From contig CP068257.2 of NCBI GenBank assembly GCA_009914755.4, positions 5,792,001 to 5,856,000 on the forward strand: 64,000 nucleotides of DNA, in the 5' to 3' direction. Each line of letters opens with the position of its first letter. Position 1 is the stretch's first letter. The position numbers and the translations under genes were made by a program. The notes below the pieces were generated by a model. It ran no database searches. It saw only the letters and a program-made list of their open reading frames with translations, and had not been told where the DNA came from. Source of the stretch: the human T2T-CHM13v2.0 reference genome, Homo sapiens. This document shows, in pieces, positions 31,333 through 43,269 of this stretch.

Positions 31333-31612
31333 GGCTGGGCACAGTGGCTCACGTCTGTGATCTCAGCACTTTGGGAGGCTGAGACAGGCAAATCACAAGG
31401 TCAACAGATCGGGACCATCCTGGCCAACATGGCGAAACCCCATCTCTTCTAAAAAAAATACAGAAGTTAGCTGGGCATGGTGGCACGTGCCTGTAGTCCC
31501 AGCTACTTGGGAGGCTGAGGCAGGAGAATCACTTGGACCTGGGAGGCAGAGGTTGCATGAGCTGAGACTGTGCCACTGTACTCCAGCCTGGTAACAGAGA
31601 GAGACTCCATCT
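31333..31612 (+). mobile_element. Alu (+) with a TSD of about 14 bp (aaacccagattctg at 31319-31332, aaaccccagattctg at 31655-31669)
   Basis: ggctgggcacagtggctcacgtctgtgatctcagcactttgggaggctgagacaggcaaatcacaaggtcaacagatcgggaccatcctggccaacatggcgaaaccccatctc...ccactgtactccagcctggtaacagagagagactccatctc. Confidence 0.92.
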
Positions 31613-31657
31613 CAAAACAAAACAAAACAAAACAAAACAAAACAAAACAAAACAAAA
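31613..31657. repeat. (CAAAA)n pentanucleotide microsatellite derived from the Alu A-tail
   Basis: aaaacaaaacaaaacaaaacaaaacaaaacaaaacaaaacaaaac. Confidence 0.9.
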
Positions 31658-31671
31658 CCCCAGATTCTGAA

Positions 31672-33465
31672 CTGACTCTCACAATAAGGATCTCAATTGC
31701 TTCAAAGAGAATAAAACACCTAGAAATCCAACTTAAAAGGGATGTGAAGGACCTCTTCAAGGAAAACTACAAACCACTGCTCAATGAAATAAGATACAAA
31801 CAAATGTAAGAACCTTTCATGTTCATGGGTAGGAAGAATCCATATTGTGAAAATGGCCATACTGCCCAAGGTAATTTATAGATTCAATGCCATCCCCATC
31901 AAGCAACCAATGACTTTCTTCACAGAATTGGAAAAAACTACTTTAAAGTTCATATGGAACCAAAAAAGAGCCTGCATTGCCAAGTCAATCCTAAGGCAAA
32001 AGAACAAAGCTGGAGGTACTACGCTGCCTGACTTCAAACTATACTACAAGGTTACAGTGACCAAAACAGCATGGTACTGGTACCAAAAGAGAGATAGAGG
32101 CCAATGGAACAGAACAGAGCCCTCAGAAATAATGCCACATGTCTACAGCTATCTGATATTTGACAAACTTGACAGAAACAAGAACTAGGGAAAGGATTCC
32201 CTATTTAATAAATGGCGCTGGGAAAACTGGCTAGCCATATGTAGAAAGCTGAAACTGGATCCCTTCCTTACACCTTATACAAAAATTAATTCAAGATGGA
32301 TTAAAGACTTACATGTTAGACCTAAAACCATAAAAACCTTGGAAAAAAAACTAGGCAATACCATTCAGGACATAAGCATGGGCAGGGACTTCATGTCTAA
32401 AACACCAAAAGCAATGGCAACAAAAGCCAAAATTGACAAATGGGATCTAATTAAACTAAAGAGCTTCTGCACAGCCAAAGAAAGCACCATCAGAGTGAAC
32501 AGGCAACCTACAGAATGGGAGAAAAGTTTTGCAATCTACTCATCTGACAAAGGACAAATATCCAGAATCTACAATGAACTCCAACAAATTTACTAGAAAA
32601 AAGCAACCCCATCAAAAAGTGGGCGAAGGATATGAACAGACACTTCTCAAAAGAAGACATTTATGCAGCCAAAAAACACATGAAAAAATGCTCATCATCA
32701 CTGGCCATCAGAGAAATGCAAATCAAAACCACAATGAGATACCACCTCACACCAGTTAGAATGGCGATCATAAAAAGTCAGGAAACAACAGGTGCTGGAG
32801 AGGATGTGGAGAAATAGGAACACTTTTACACTGTTGATGGGACTGTAAACTAGTTCAAACATTGTGGAAGTCGGTGTGGCGATTCCTCAGGGATCTAGAA
32901 CTAGAAATACCATTTGATCCAGCCATCCCATTACTGGGTATATACCCAAAGGATTATAAATCATGCTGCTCTAAAGACACATGGACACGTATGTTTATTG
33001 TGGCACTATTCACAATAGCAAAGACTTGGAACCAACCCAAATGTCCAACAATGATAGACTGGATTAAGAAAATGTGGCACATATACACCATGGAATCCTA
33101 TGCAGCCATAAAAAATGATGAGTTTATGTCCTTTGTAGGGATATGGATGAAGCTGGAAACCATCATTCTCAGCAAACTATCACAAGGACAAAAAACCAAA
33201 CACCACATGTTCTCACTCATAGGTGGGAATTGAACAATGAGAACACATGGACACAGGAAGGGTAACATCACACACTGGGGACTGTTGTAGGGTGGGGGGA
33301 AGGGGGAGGGATAGCATTAGAAGATATACCTAATGTTAAATGACGAGTTAATGGTTGCAGCACGACAGCATGGCACATGTATACATATGTAACAAACGTG
33401 CACGTTCTGCACGTGTACCCTAAAACTTAATGTATAATAATAATAATTAAAAAAAATGAAAACAT
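31672..33465 (+). mobile_element. 5'-truncated L1 (L1PA-like), about 1.8 kb, covering the ORF2 RT/C-terminal region through the 3'UTR and A-rich tail
   Basis: It is the reverse complement of the ORF2 region of the full-length L1 at 15338-21468, for example gggatgtgaaggacctcttcaaggaaaactacaaaccactgctcaatgaaataa. Plus-strand ORF pieces 31847-32188, 32339-32596, 32632-32817 and 32862-33233 translate as ORF2p, ending ...TIILSKLSQGQKTKHHMFSLIGGN. The 3' end reads ...cctaaaacttaatgtataataataataattaaaaaaaa. Confidence 0.95.
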
Positions 33466-35533
33466 ATGTCCACACACACAAAAAAAAGAAAAAAATAAGG
33501 ATCTCAAAGAGGTCAATATGTATATAATCTATTCTTAAAAAAAAATTTTCTCCAATTGTTTATTGAAATATCACACAGGCTCTGACTTTGTTTATACCCT
33601 TAAAAACTATGTAGATTGATGTGTAGCTTTTGTAAAGTGAAAGCTCAGAATGTCTACTCTGTTCTGGTACCACTTTAGTTTAATTGTTGGGAAATATTTA
33701 ATAAAAATGAATTACTAAACAAATGGAAAATTTGAACTTTGCATACTAAATTTTTACTTCATATTATCAACTCTTGAAAAATAAGTGTGTATATTAGAAA
33801 TGACACTCATTTGACTATACCATAATATATTTCAGACATTTTATCTTCAGCTACAGAATTTCTCCATCCTTTGAATTATGTTAGAGGGCTTTAGTTGGTC
33901 AGTATTGGTGATTCGCCTCCACTAATTCACAACTCTATTATCTTACCCCCGGGGATGCATTTCCATAGTTCTGCCTTGTAATGAGTGTCATTTTTTCCTT
34001 CTGTTTTGTTGACTGCCATTCAAATAGTTTTGGCTTTATCAGAGATTTTCACTTTATTGTCACCCCCTCATTTTTTTAACTTCTCATAATTTACTGTATT
34101 ATATCTGCCTGGGCTTTTGGTTCCTTTACAGATTTGTTTCACTTTATTTTTAGCTTATGATACTTCTAAAGTCTGTACCCTTTTAATTTTCACTTGCTTC
34201 ATCGTCACATTCTTGTGTTTTGTTTTCATTTCAAAATACCAGAAAGTAGGATGTCTCAGCATCTTGGTGAGTGGAATAGTTTATTTATAATCCAAAAAAA
34301 TCCCCCATACTTTTTGTGAGCTATCTGCTTCTAAGTAAAAATTTTATATATAAATTCTTTAAAAAAAATCTTAAACTTCTGAGGGATTGAATGAGATTTT
34401 AAAAATCATTCTATACAACAATGGGTGCAAAATTTGTATTCCTCTACTCGAGAAATCATGAACATTTGTTATTAGTTTACTAACATCTAAATATTAATGT
34501 ATTCAATTATATATTATTAAAACACGATTAAGCTTAAGAGGTGGAAAAGTATAAAACAAACAAGTGTATAATCTACCTTTATTAATATGAAACATCTTTT
34601 TCTCTCCTGAAAATAAAGATTAACCAGGGGTGTGCTGGGGCGGGAGGGGGTGTGTTGGAGGGAGAAAAGCCATGATTTGCCAATTTCAGCACAAAACTGA
34701 AAATGGTTATTAATCTTTACTAGCTACAGATATCTTTTAACATATATTGAAATCTATGACCCTTAAAAGGAAACATATATACAGATTTTGACAAAACTTT
34801 GCAGTTCCACTCATGGATCCTTGTATAAGAATCCCTTTTATATGTGTGTTTGCAATTTAAAGAGTTCAGACTTTATGATTCACAGGTGACAATTAATGAT
34901 TTAAAATCATAACTTAGGCTTTTATAATTTGGGAGTCAGGTGTTTAACAGCTGTAGTAGTAACTGCTTCTTCTCAGAGAAACTTAGGAGCTAAGACCAGG
35001 GAAATGTCCCTTGGTGTGCAACACACCTCTTCTTTCTGAACATATCGTATAAGAAGCTAACTTTGTCTCAAAGTTTATATGACTTTTGCATTTGCAGTTA
35101 CTAGCTATTTTCTTTTGGAACTGTTGGACTTGGAGAACTTTCCCTCTACCCTCTGAAGGTATGATAACTGAGTCTATTGAATAAATGGATAACAGGCATG
35201 TCAAAAGAAGAAAATGTGTACACATTTATTACACGCATGGGGGAATCACAGGAAAGAAAAGTGGAATCAAAAACAAAACAAAACAAACAAAACACCACCA
35301 AGAAAAAACCCCAGTGAGATTTAGGAGCTTATAGGGAAGGCAGGAGGAAGAATGTAGGAAACTTAGGGGAGAGCAAATGACTTTTGTGAAAGATGACCAG
35401 ACCCTTAGGAGAATAGATGATAGTTTGTGGCAGTCTGTCTTAGTGTGGTATGGACCCTTAGTCTTGTCTCCTGTGATATGAGGAGTCAATTTTCCCTGGC
35501 TGATGAAACTCCTAGGAAGGAGATGAATGTCTT

Positions 35534-35685
35534 TGTGCTGACAAGACAGTATCTTGAAGTTTTGATTTCCAATTCAGTTCTAAATCTGCAGTGTATAAAA
35601 ATCTCATCATGCTTTGGATGTTATGGTAGATAAATGGTATCTTTACAAAGATACATTCATTCTGGTATTGAAAATTCCTTTTGGA
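35534..35685 (+). repeat. Copy A of a ~150 bp dispersed direct duplicate (about 92 percent identical to 36276-36420)
   Basis: ctttgtgctgacaagacagtatcttgaagttttgatttccaattcagttctaaatctgcagtgtataaaaatctcatcatgctttggatgttatggtagataaatggtatctttacaaagatacattcattctggtattgaaaattcc. Confidence 0.8.
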
Positions 35686-36275
35686 GGATCTCTCTTGAGG
35701 AACGTAAAGGGAGTGCAGAGAAAGCATGTCCCGCATTTGTTGTTTTTCAAATATTTTCAGTTCGATGTAATCGGTACACCAAAGCAATCCATTTAGGACT
35801 GGCATTTCCTGAACACCTTCAGAACTCTTTTTATCCCATGTTATTTCTATGAGATCACGTGATTTAAGAACAACTTTTACTTGCCACTTACATATATATT
35901 GAAAAGGCAAACTTTCCTTTCGTAGTTTGCTAATTTTGGCAAAGTACTTTAACAAAAGTTAAATTAAATGAGTAAGTGAAATTTTCTGTTCTATTGTTTT
36001 GAAAACAATTCTAGAAACTGTCCTTGTAAGAACAGCAAAAAGAGAAAAAGATAATTCTCAACTGCAGCTTCAACCATTCTTTGCTTAACAATGAGTTAAT
36101 TAAAAGGCAAAACTCTATTTCAGGTTTATATGTGTCAATTGCTTGATTAGAAAGTAAATTATTTACCACATATAATATGGTGTCAAAAAACTTATAATAA
36201 AATTACTTTGATTTTATTGCTTATAAGTTTGTGAATTTAAATCTCAACTTACAGTGATAAATTTATTTGCTTTGT

Positions 36276-36420
36276 GCTGACAAGACAGTATCTTGAAGTT
36301 TTGTTTTCCAACTCAGTTCTAAATCTGCAGTGTATCAAAATCTCCTCATTATGCTTTGGATGTTATGGTACATAAATGGTATCTTCACAAAGATACATTC
36401 ATTCTGGTACTGAAAGTGCC
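36276..36420 (+). repeat. Copy B of the ~150 bp dispersed direct duplicate
   Basis: ctttgtgctgacaagacagtatcttgaagttttgttttccaactcagttctaaatctgcagtgtatcaaaatctcctcattatgctttggatgttatggtacataaatggtatcttcacaaagatacattcattctggtactgaaagtgcc. Confidence 0.8.
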
Positions 36421-36840
36421 TACTTAAAATTCTGCATGAACAGTTTTATTGAAAAAATATGTAGACAAGCCATTAATTATACACAGTGATTTGGAACAAA
36501 TTCTTACAAGAAGCATAGCATGTCTTCCATTAACTGTATACAATTTAAAAAAGTTACTGAAAGTCTTCCTGAAGTTAAACAATAAATCTTTTAAATTTAA
36601 CCACTGTGCTCCGTCAAAGGTAATTTTTTCTTTATGACACTCACTTAGGGGATACAGTCAGATCTCAGCCTACTTTAAACAACTAGACAGTATTTTTAGT
36701 GCACTTTTCTGTTTGTTAAAAAGCTAGTTGTCAAAGTTGGCACCAGAGTTGGGGAGTTTTAAGAGGTTTAGAAGCCTAGCCATGAATACCCACAACAGTT
36801 ACGGAGGCAAAGGAAATAGGCCTTTGAAAAGAAGGTAATG

Positions 36841-36932
36841 CCCTCTCCCTCTCCCTCTCCCTCTCCCCACGGTCTCCCTCTCTCTCTCTTTCCACGGTCT
36901 CCCTCTCCCTCTCTTTCCACGGTCTCCCTCTG
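36841..36932 (+). repeat. SVA 5' (CCCTCT)n hexamer repeat
   Basis: ccctctccctctccctctccctctccccacggtctccctctctctctctttccacggtctccctctccctctctttccacggtctccctc. Confidence 0.9.
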
Positions 36933-37289
36933 ATGCCCAGCCGAAGCTGGACTGTACTGCTGCCATCTTGGCTCACTGCAACCTCCCTGCCTGATTCTCC
37001 TGCCTCAGCCTGCTGAGTGCCTGCAATTGCAGGCGTGCGCCGCCACTTCTGACTGGTTTTCTTATTTTTTTGGTGGAGACGGGGTTTCGCTGTGTTGGCC
37101 GGGCTGGTCTCCAGCTCCTAACCGCGAGTGATCCGCCAGCCTCGGCCTCCCGAGGTGCCGGGATTGCAGACAGAGTCTCGTTCACTCAGTGCTCAATGGT
37201 GCCCAGGCTGGAGTGCAGTGGCGTGATCTCTGCTCGCTACAACCTCCACCTTCCAGCTGCCTGACTTGGCCGCCCAATGTGCCGAGATT

Positions 37290-37870
37290 GCAGCCTCTGC
37301 CCGGCCGCCACCCCGTCTGGGAAGTGAGGAGCGTCTGCCTGGCCGCCCATCGTCTGGGATGTGAGGAGCCCCTCTGCCTGGCTGCCCAGTCTGGAAAGTG
37401 AGGAGCATCTCTGCCCGGCCGGCATCCCATCTAGGAAGTGAGGAGCACCTCTTCCCGGGTGCCATCCCATCTAGGAAGTGAGGAGCGTCTCTGCCTGGCC
37501 ACCCATAGTCTGAGATGTGGGGAGCGCCTCTGCCCTGCCGCCCCGTCTGGGATGTGAGGAGCCCCTCTGCCCGGCCGCCCATCGTCCGAGATGTGGGGAG
37601 CACCTCTGCCCGGCCGCGACCCCGTCTGGGAGGTGAGGAGCGTCTCTGCCCGGCCGCCCCATCTGAGAAGTGAGGAGCGTCTCCGCTCGGCAGCCACCCC
37701 GTCCGGGAGGGAGGTGGGGGTCAGCCCACGCCCAGCCAGCTGCCCCGTCCGGGAGGGAGGTGGGGGGTCAGCCCCCGCCCGGCCAGCTGCCCCGTCCATT
37801 AGGTGAGGGGTGCCTCTGCCCAGCCGCCCCTACTGGGAAGTGAGGAGCCCCTCTGCCCGGCCACCACCCC
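37290..37870 (+). repeat. SVA VNTR region (GC-rich tandem units of about 35-50 bp)
   Basis: Units repeat of the form cc(c)gtctgggaagtgaggagcgtctgcctggccgcccatcgtctgggatgtgaggagcccctctgcc. The apparent minus-strand ORFs here translate to Pro/Gly/Arg-rich low-complexity peptide and are artefacts. Confidence 0.88.
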
Positions 37871-39607
37871 GTCTGGGAGGTGTACCCAACAGCTCATTGA
37901 GAACAGGCCATCATGACAATGGCGGTTTTGTGGAATAGAAAAGGGGGAAAGGTGGGGAAAAGATTGAGAAATCAGATGGTCGCTGTGTCTGTGTAGAAAG
38001 AAGTAGACATGGGAGACTTTTCATTTTGTTCTGTACTAAGAAAAATTCTTCTGCCTTGTGATCCTGTTGATCTATGACCTTACCCCCAACGCTGTGCTCT
38101 CTGAAACATGTGCTGTGTCCACTCAGGGTTAAATGGATTAAGGGTGGTGCAAGATGTGCTTTGTTAAACAGATGCTTGAAGGCAGCATGCTCGTTAAGAG
38201 TCATCACCACTCCCTAATCTCAAGTACCCAGGGACACAAACACTGCGGAAGGCCGCAGGGTCCTCTGCCTAGGAAAACCAGAGACCTTTGTTCACTTGTT
38301 TATCTGCTGACCTTCCCTCCACTATTGTCCTATGACCCTGCCAAATCCCCCTCTGCGAGAACCACCCAAGAATGATCAATTAAAAAAAAAAAGCTAGTTG
38401 TCAAGAATAAGTTGCTCAAATATCTTTCTCAATTACTTTTTATTTTGTTTTGTAATTATTATTCTATTTTGGTTTTCCTTTAGAATTGTGAAATATCTTG
38501 AATCAGAAATTGCAGAGAATATATAAATGTGTAGGAATGTACTCTGCAATCAAACTAGATCTCGAAAGTGTTTTGTTGTAGTTTATACCTTGAATTCGAA
38601 GGCCATTCTATACAAGGCACTTGAAAAATTTTCAAGCTCATATATTTCATAATAGTACAGAATTTATTGTTCTTTTATTTGCAAGGAGATAGACCAGATA
38701 AAATATCACTTTATTTTTTACAGTGTTGACTTTGATATTCTAAACTTGTCAGTTTATACAGATTAATGAAGACTCCGTACATGTAAAATTCACTATAATT
38801 TTTTTTCTGGTATGAGAATATAAACAAATAGTAACTACATAACCAAACAGGTAAAGTAAAAATATACAATAGCTTGACAAAAAAAAAAAAAAAGAAGAAG
38901 AAAAAAGAAACCCCTATACATTACTTAACATTGTAAATCTCTGAGGACGAAATTGGATTCAAAAGAAACATTTCTCGTGGGCAGGGAAAGGGCTAAAAAT
39001 CTAAAGTATATAATAAGTATATTCCTCATTGCTATAAAATATATGACCAGCATGACATTTCAATACATGTTCAAGTTTTCTGAAGAAAGTTCTAGGATAA
39101 TAGGATTTCAACTTTTGATTCTACAGATATCATTCTTGTGATTGGTATGGGAGAATCATCCTCTCCATGTATTAGTGGATTCAAATGAAAAAAAAATCAG
39201 GCAGCTAGTTCCTTTCCAAGAAGCCTTAGAGATTGTTGTACATAAAAATAGCCATATTTCTGATTCAAATTTTAATTAGAGAATTCTCTTTATTCCCTCT
39301 TCAGCATAAAATTATGCACTGGCACTCTGCTCTGCAGACAAGTAAAACTTCTTACCTGCTATAATTTGAGATACCCAAGACTCAGAACATATTAACTCCT
39401 AGCTGAAAGTCCCAAAAACTTCTCAGGACAAAAAAAACAAAAAGTTAAATACACAGAGATAGAGTATAAAACAGTGGTTACCAGGGGCTGGGGGTGAGAA
39501 GAGAAAATGGAGATAGAGAATTCAAAAGATGCAAAGTTGCAGATATGTAGAATTAACAAGTTGAGGGATCTAATGTACAACATGAGGACTGTAGGTATTA
39601 ATATTTA

Positions 39608-40030
<423 letters not shown>

Positions 40031-40245
40031 CACTCCACTCCACTCCACTCCATTCCATTTCATTCCATTCCATTCCATTCCATTCCATTCCATTCCATCC
40101 CATCCCATTCCATTCCACTCCATTCCATTCCATCCCATTCCATTCCACTCCCTTCCACTCTATTCCACTCCATTCCACTCTACTCCAGTCCACTACACTC
40201 CATTCTATTCCATTCCATTTCATTCCAATCTATTCCATTCCATTC

Positions 40246-40310
40246 TTTTATTTTGTCAGGAATTCACTCCCTCACCCAGGTTGGAGTGCAGTGGCACAAT
40301 CTCAGCCCAC
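40246..40310 (-). repeat. Alu 3'-end fragment no. 1 (type A) embedded in the satellite
   Basis: cttttattttgtcaggaattcactccctcacccaggttggagtgcagtggcacaatctcagcccac, then satellite atttcatttc. Confidence 0.85.
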
Positions 40311-40522
40311 ATTTCATTTCAACGTGCCATTCCATTCCATTCCATTCCTTTCCATTCTATTCCACACCACTCCACAAAACTCCACTCTACTCCACTCCAC
40401 TGCATTCCTTTCCATTACATCCCATTCCCTTCCTCTTCTTTCCACTATACTCCACTACACTCCACTCTACTCCACTCCACTCCACCCCACTCCATTCCAT
40501 TCTACTCTAATCCGTTCCATTC

Positions 40523-40586
40523 TTTTCTTTCGATAGGATATCACCTGTCACCCAGGATGGAGTGCAGTGGCACAATCTCAGCTCAC
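40523..40586 (-). repeat. Alu 3'-end fragment no. 2 (type A)
   Basis: ttttctttcgataggatatcacctgtcacccaggatggagtgcagtggcacaatctcagctcac. Confidence 0.85.
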
Positions 40587-40922
40587 ATTTCATTTCACCA
40601 TTCTATTCCACTCTATTCCATTCCATTCCACTACACTCCTCTCCACTCCACTCTACTCCATTCAATTTGAATCCAATCCACTCAACTCCATTCCATCCCA
40701 TCCCATTCCATTCCACTCCACTCCAATAAACTCCACTCCACTCCACTCCTTTCTATTCCATCCCATTCCATTTCACTCCATTCCTCTCCACTCCACTCCA
40801 GGTCACTCCATTCCATTCTAATCCATCCCACTCAATTCCACTCCATTCTGCTCCATTCCACACCACTTCGCTACACTCCATTCGATTCCATTTCATTCCA
40901 TTTGACTGCATTCCATTCCATT

Positions 40923-40989
40923 CCTTTCTTTCGACAGGATCTCACTGTGTGACCCTGGTTGGAGTGCAGTGGCACTATCTCAGGTCACA
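40923..40989 (-). repeat. Alu 3'-end fragment no. 3 (type A)
   Basis: cctttctttcgacaggatctcactgtgtgaccctggttggagtgcagtggcactatctcaggtcac. Confidence 0.85.
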
Positions 40990-41430
40990 TTTAATTTCAC
41001 CATCCTTTCCTTTGTGTTCCATTGCATTGCATTCCATTCAATTCCATTCCATCCTTTTCCATTCCACTTATGTGAACTACACTCCACTACACTCTGCTGC
41101 ATTCCATTCCATTCCACTCCACTCCACTCAATTCCATTCAATCCAATTCCATTCCACTCCATTCCACTATACTCCACTCCATTCCATTCCTCCCCACTCC
41201 AGTCCATTCAACTCCCCTCCACTCTACTCCTCACCATTCCATTCCATTCCATCCCTTTCCATTCCACTCAATTCCACTCCACTCCACTCCACTCAACTAA
41301 ACTCCACTCCACTCCACTCCATTCCATTCCACTCCATCACTTTCTATTCCACTCTATTCCACTCCACTCCACTCCACTCCACTGCCTTCCATTCCATTCC
41401 ATTCCAGTCCATTCCTTTCCATTCCATTCC

Positions 41431-41494
41431 TTTCTTTCGAGAGGATCTCACACTGTCACCCAGGCTGGAGTTCGGTGGCACAATATCACCTCAC
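41431..41494 (-). repeat. Alu 3'-end fragment no. 4 (type A)
   Basis: tttctttcgagaggatctcacactgtcacccaggctggagttcggtggcacaatatcacctcac. Confidence 0.85.
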
Positions 41495-41750
41495 ATTTCA
41501 TTTCACTATTGCATTCAATTTCATTCCATTCCATTCCATTCCACTCCACTCCATTCCACTCCATTTCACTCCATTCTACTCCACTCCACTCCACTCAATC
41601 CTATTCCTTTCCACCCCACTCCACTCCATTCCACTCCATTCCATTCCATTTCATTCATTCCATTCCATTCCATTTCCCTCCATTCCGTTCTATTCCACTC
41701 CACTCCACTCCACTCCATTTTATTCCATTCTACTCCATTCCATTCCATTC

Positions 41751-41815
41751 CTTTATTTCGAATGAATCTCACACTGTCACACAGACCAGAGTGCAGTGGC
41801 AAAATCTTAGCTCAC
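41751..41815 (-). repeat. Alu 3'-end fragment no. 5 (type A)
   Basis: ctttatttcgaatgaatctcacactgtcacacagaccagagtgcagtggcaaaatcttagctcac. Confidence 0.85.
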
Positions 41816-42177
41816 ATTTCATTTCACCATTCCATTCCATTCCATTCCATTCCACTCCATTCAATTCCACTGCGCTCCACTCCACTTCATTCCATTCCAT
41901 TAAACTCATTACATTCCACTCCACTCCACTCCACGCCACCCCATTACACTCCACTCAACTGTACTCCATTCCTGTCCACTCCATTCCGTTACATTCCATT
42001 CCACTCCATTCCACTTCATTCCACTGCACTCTTCTCCACTGCACTCCATTCCACTCCACTCCATTCCATTCCACTCCACTCCACTCGGTTCCACTCCACT
42101 CCACTCCACTCCATTCCACTCCACTCGACTCCAGTCCACTCCACTCCATTCCATTCTACCACATTCCATTCCATTCC

Positions 42178-42241
42178 TTTATTTCGTTTGGATCTCACTC
42201 TGTCACCCAGACTGAAGTGCAGTGGCACAATCTTAGCTCAC
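42178..42241 (-). repeat. Alu 3'-end fragment no. 6 (type A)
   Basis: tttatttcgtttggatctcactctgtcacccagactgaagtgcagtggcacaatcttagctcac. Confidence 0.85.
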
Positions 42242-42345
42242 ATTTTATTTCACCATTCCATTCCATTCCATTCCATTCCATCCCATTCCATTCCATCCCA
42301 TTCCATTGCACTCCATTCCATTCCAACACATTCCATTTCATTCCT

Positions 42346-42408
42346 TTCCTTTGACAGGATCTCACTGTGTCAAAAAAGGCTGTAATACAGTGTGACCATC
42401 TCAGCTCA
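42346..42408 (-). repeat. Alu 3'-end fragment no. 7 (type A, degenerate, only about 168 bp after no. 6)
   Basis: tcctttcctttgacaggatctcactgtgtcaaaaaaggctgtaatacagtgtgaccatctcagctcac. Confidence 0.75.
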
Positions 42409-42715
42409 CATTTCTTTCATCATTCCATTGCATTCCGTTCCACTCCACTCCATTCCACTACACTCCACTCCCCTCTATTCCATTCCATTCCATTCCATTC
42501 CATTCCACTGCTCTCCACTCCACTCCATTCCACTCCACTCCATTCCATTCCATTCCATTTCACTCCACTCCACTCCACTCCATTCCACTCCATCCCATTC
42601 TATTCCAGTCCATCCCATCCCACTCCATCCCATCTCTTTCCATTCTTCTCCATTCCACTCCATTCCACTCCAGTGCATTATCCTCCATTACATTCCCCTC
42701 CATTCTATTCCATTC

Positions 42716-42795
42716 CTTTCTGTCAAAGGAATGGAATGGAATCCATGGGATTCATCCTGGGGGATGGAGTGAAGTGCCATAATCTCAGCTATGAT
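42716..42795 (-). repeat. Alu 3'-end fragment no. 8 (highly degenerate), preceded by a short inverted satellite segment ggaatggaatggaat
   Basis: ttctgtcaaaggaatggaatggaatccatgggattcatcctgggggatggagtgaagtgccataatctcagctatgatttcatttc. Confidence 0.65.
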
Positions 42796-43206
42796 TTCAT
42801 TTCATGATTCCATTCCATTCCATTCTATTCCATTCCTTTCCATTCAATTCCATTCCATTCTATTCCATCCTTTGCCATTCCAATCCATTCCACTCCACTC
42901 TAATGCACTCCTCTGCAATCCATTACATTCCCCTCCATTCCATTCCATTGCACTCCATTGCACTCCACTCCAATCCACTCCACTCCACTCCATTCCATTC
43001 CATCCCTTGAATTCCACTCAATTCCATTCCACTCCACTCCACACCACTCCTCTCCACTCCTTTACATTCCACTCCATCACATTCCATTCCACTCCATTCC
43101 ACTCAACTGCACTCACATCCAGTCCACTCCACTCCACACCATTCCACTCCACTCCAGTCCACTCCATTCCACTCCATTCCATTCCACTCCATTCAATTCC
43201 ATTCCT

Positions 43207-43269
43207 ATCTTTTGACAGGGTCTCACTCTGTCACCCAGGGTCTGGTGCAGTGGCACTATCTCAGCTCAC
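43207..43269 (-). repeat. Alu 3'-end fragment no. 9 (type A)
   Basis: atcttttgacagggtctcactctgtcacccagggtctggtgcagtggcactatctcagctcac. Confidence 0.85.

Larger units (their letters stand above)
36734..38392 (+). mobile_element. SVA retrotransposon (hexamer, Alu-like, VNTR, SINE-R, polyA) including about 107 bp of extra 5' sequence (a probable 5' transduction), bounded by the 16 bp TSD aaaagctagttgtcaa
   Basis: The (CCCTCT)n run at 36841-36932 is followed by antisense-Alu-like sequence (36933 to about 37290). The 35-50 bp GC-rich VNTR units ccgtctgggaagtgaggagcgtctgcctggccgcccatcg... follow, to about 37870. A SINE-R/HERV-K-like part (37870-38385) ends in A11. The direct repeat aaaagctagttgtcaa occurs at 36718-36733 and 38388-38403. 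The 107 bp between the first TSD copy and the hexamer is non-SVA sequence. Confidence 0.9.

Noticed and set aside
35512-35955. A 147-codon minus-strand ORF between the two 150 bp direct repeats
   Set aside because: It has no recognisable motif or domain, sits in AT-rich non-conserved-looking sequence, and has no splice or promoter context that I can support. It is most likely a chance ORF.
36776-37806. A cluster of overlapping minus- and plus-strand ORFs (60-136 aa) rich in Pro, Gly and Arg
   Set aside because: They fall entirely within the GC-rich VNTR and Alu-like parts of the SVA and are low-complexity repeat translations.
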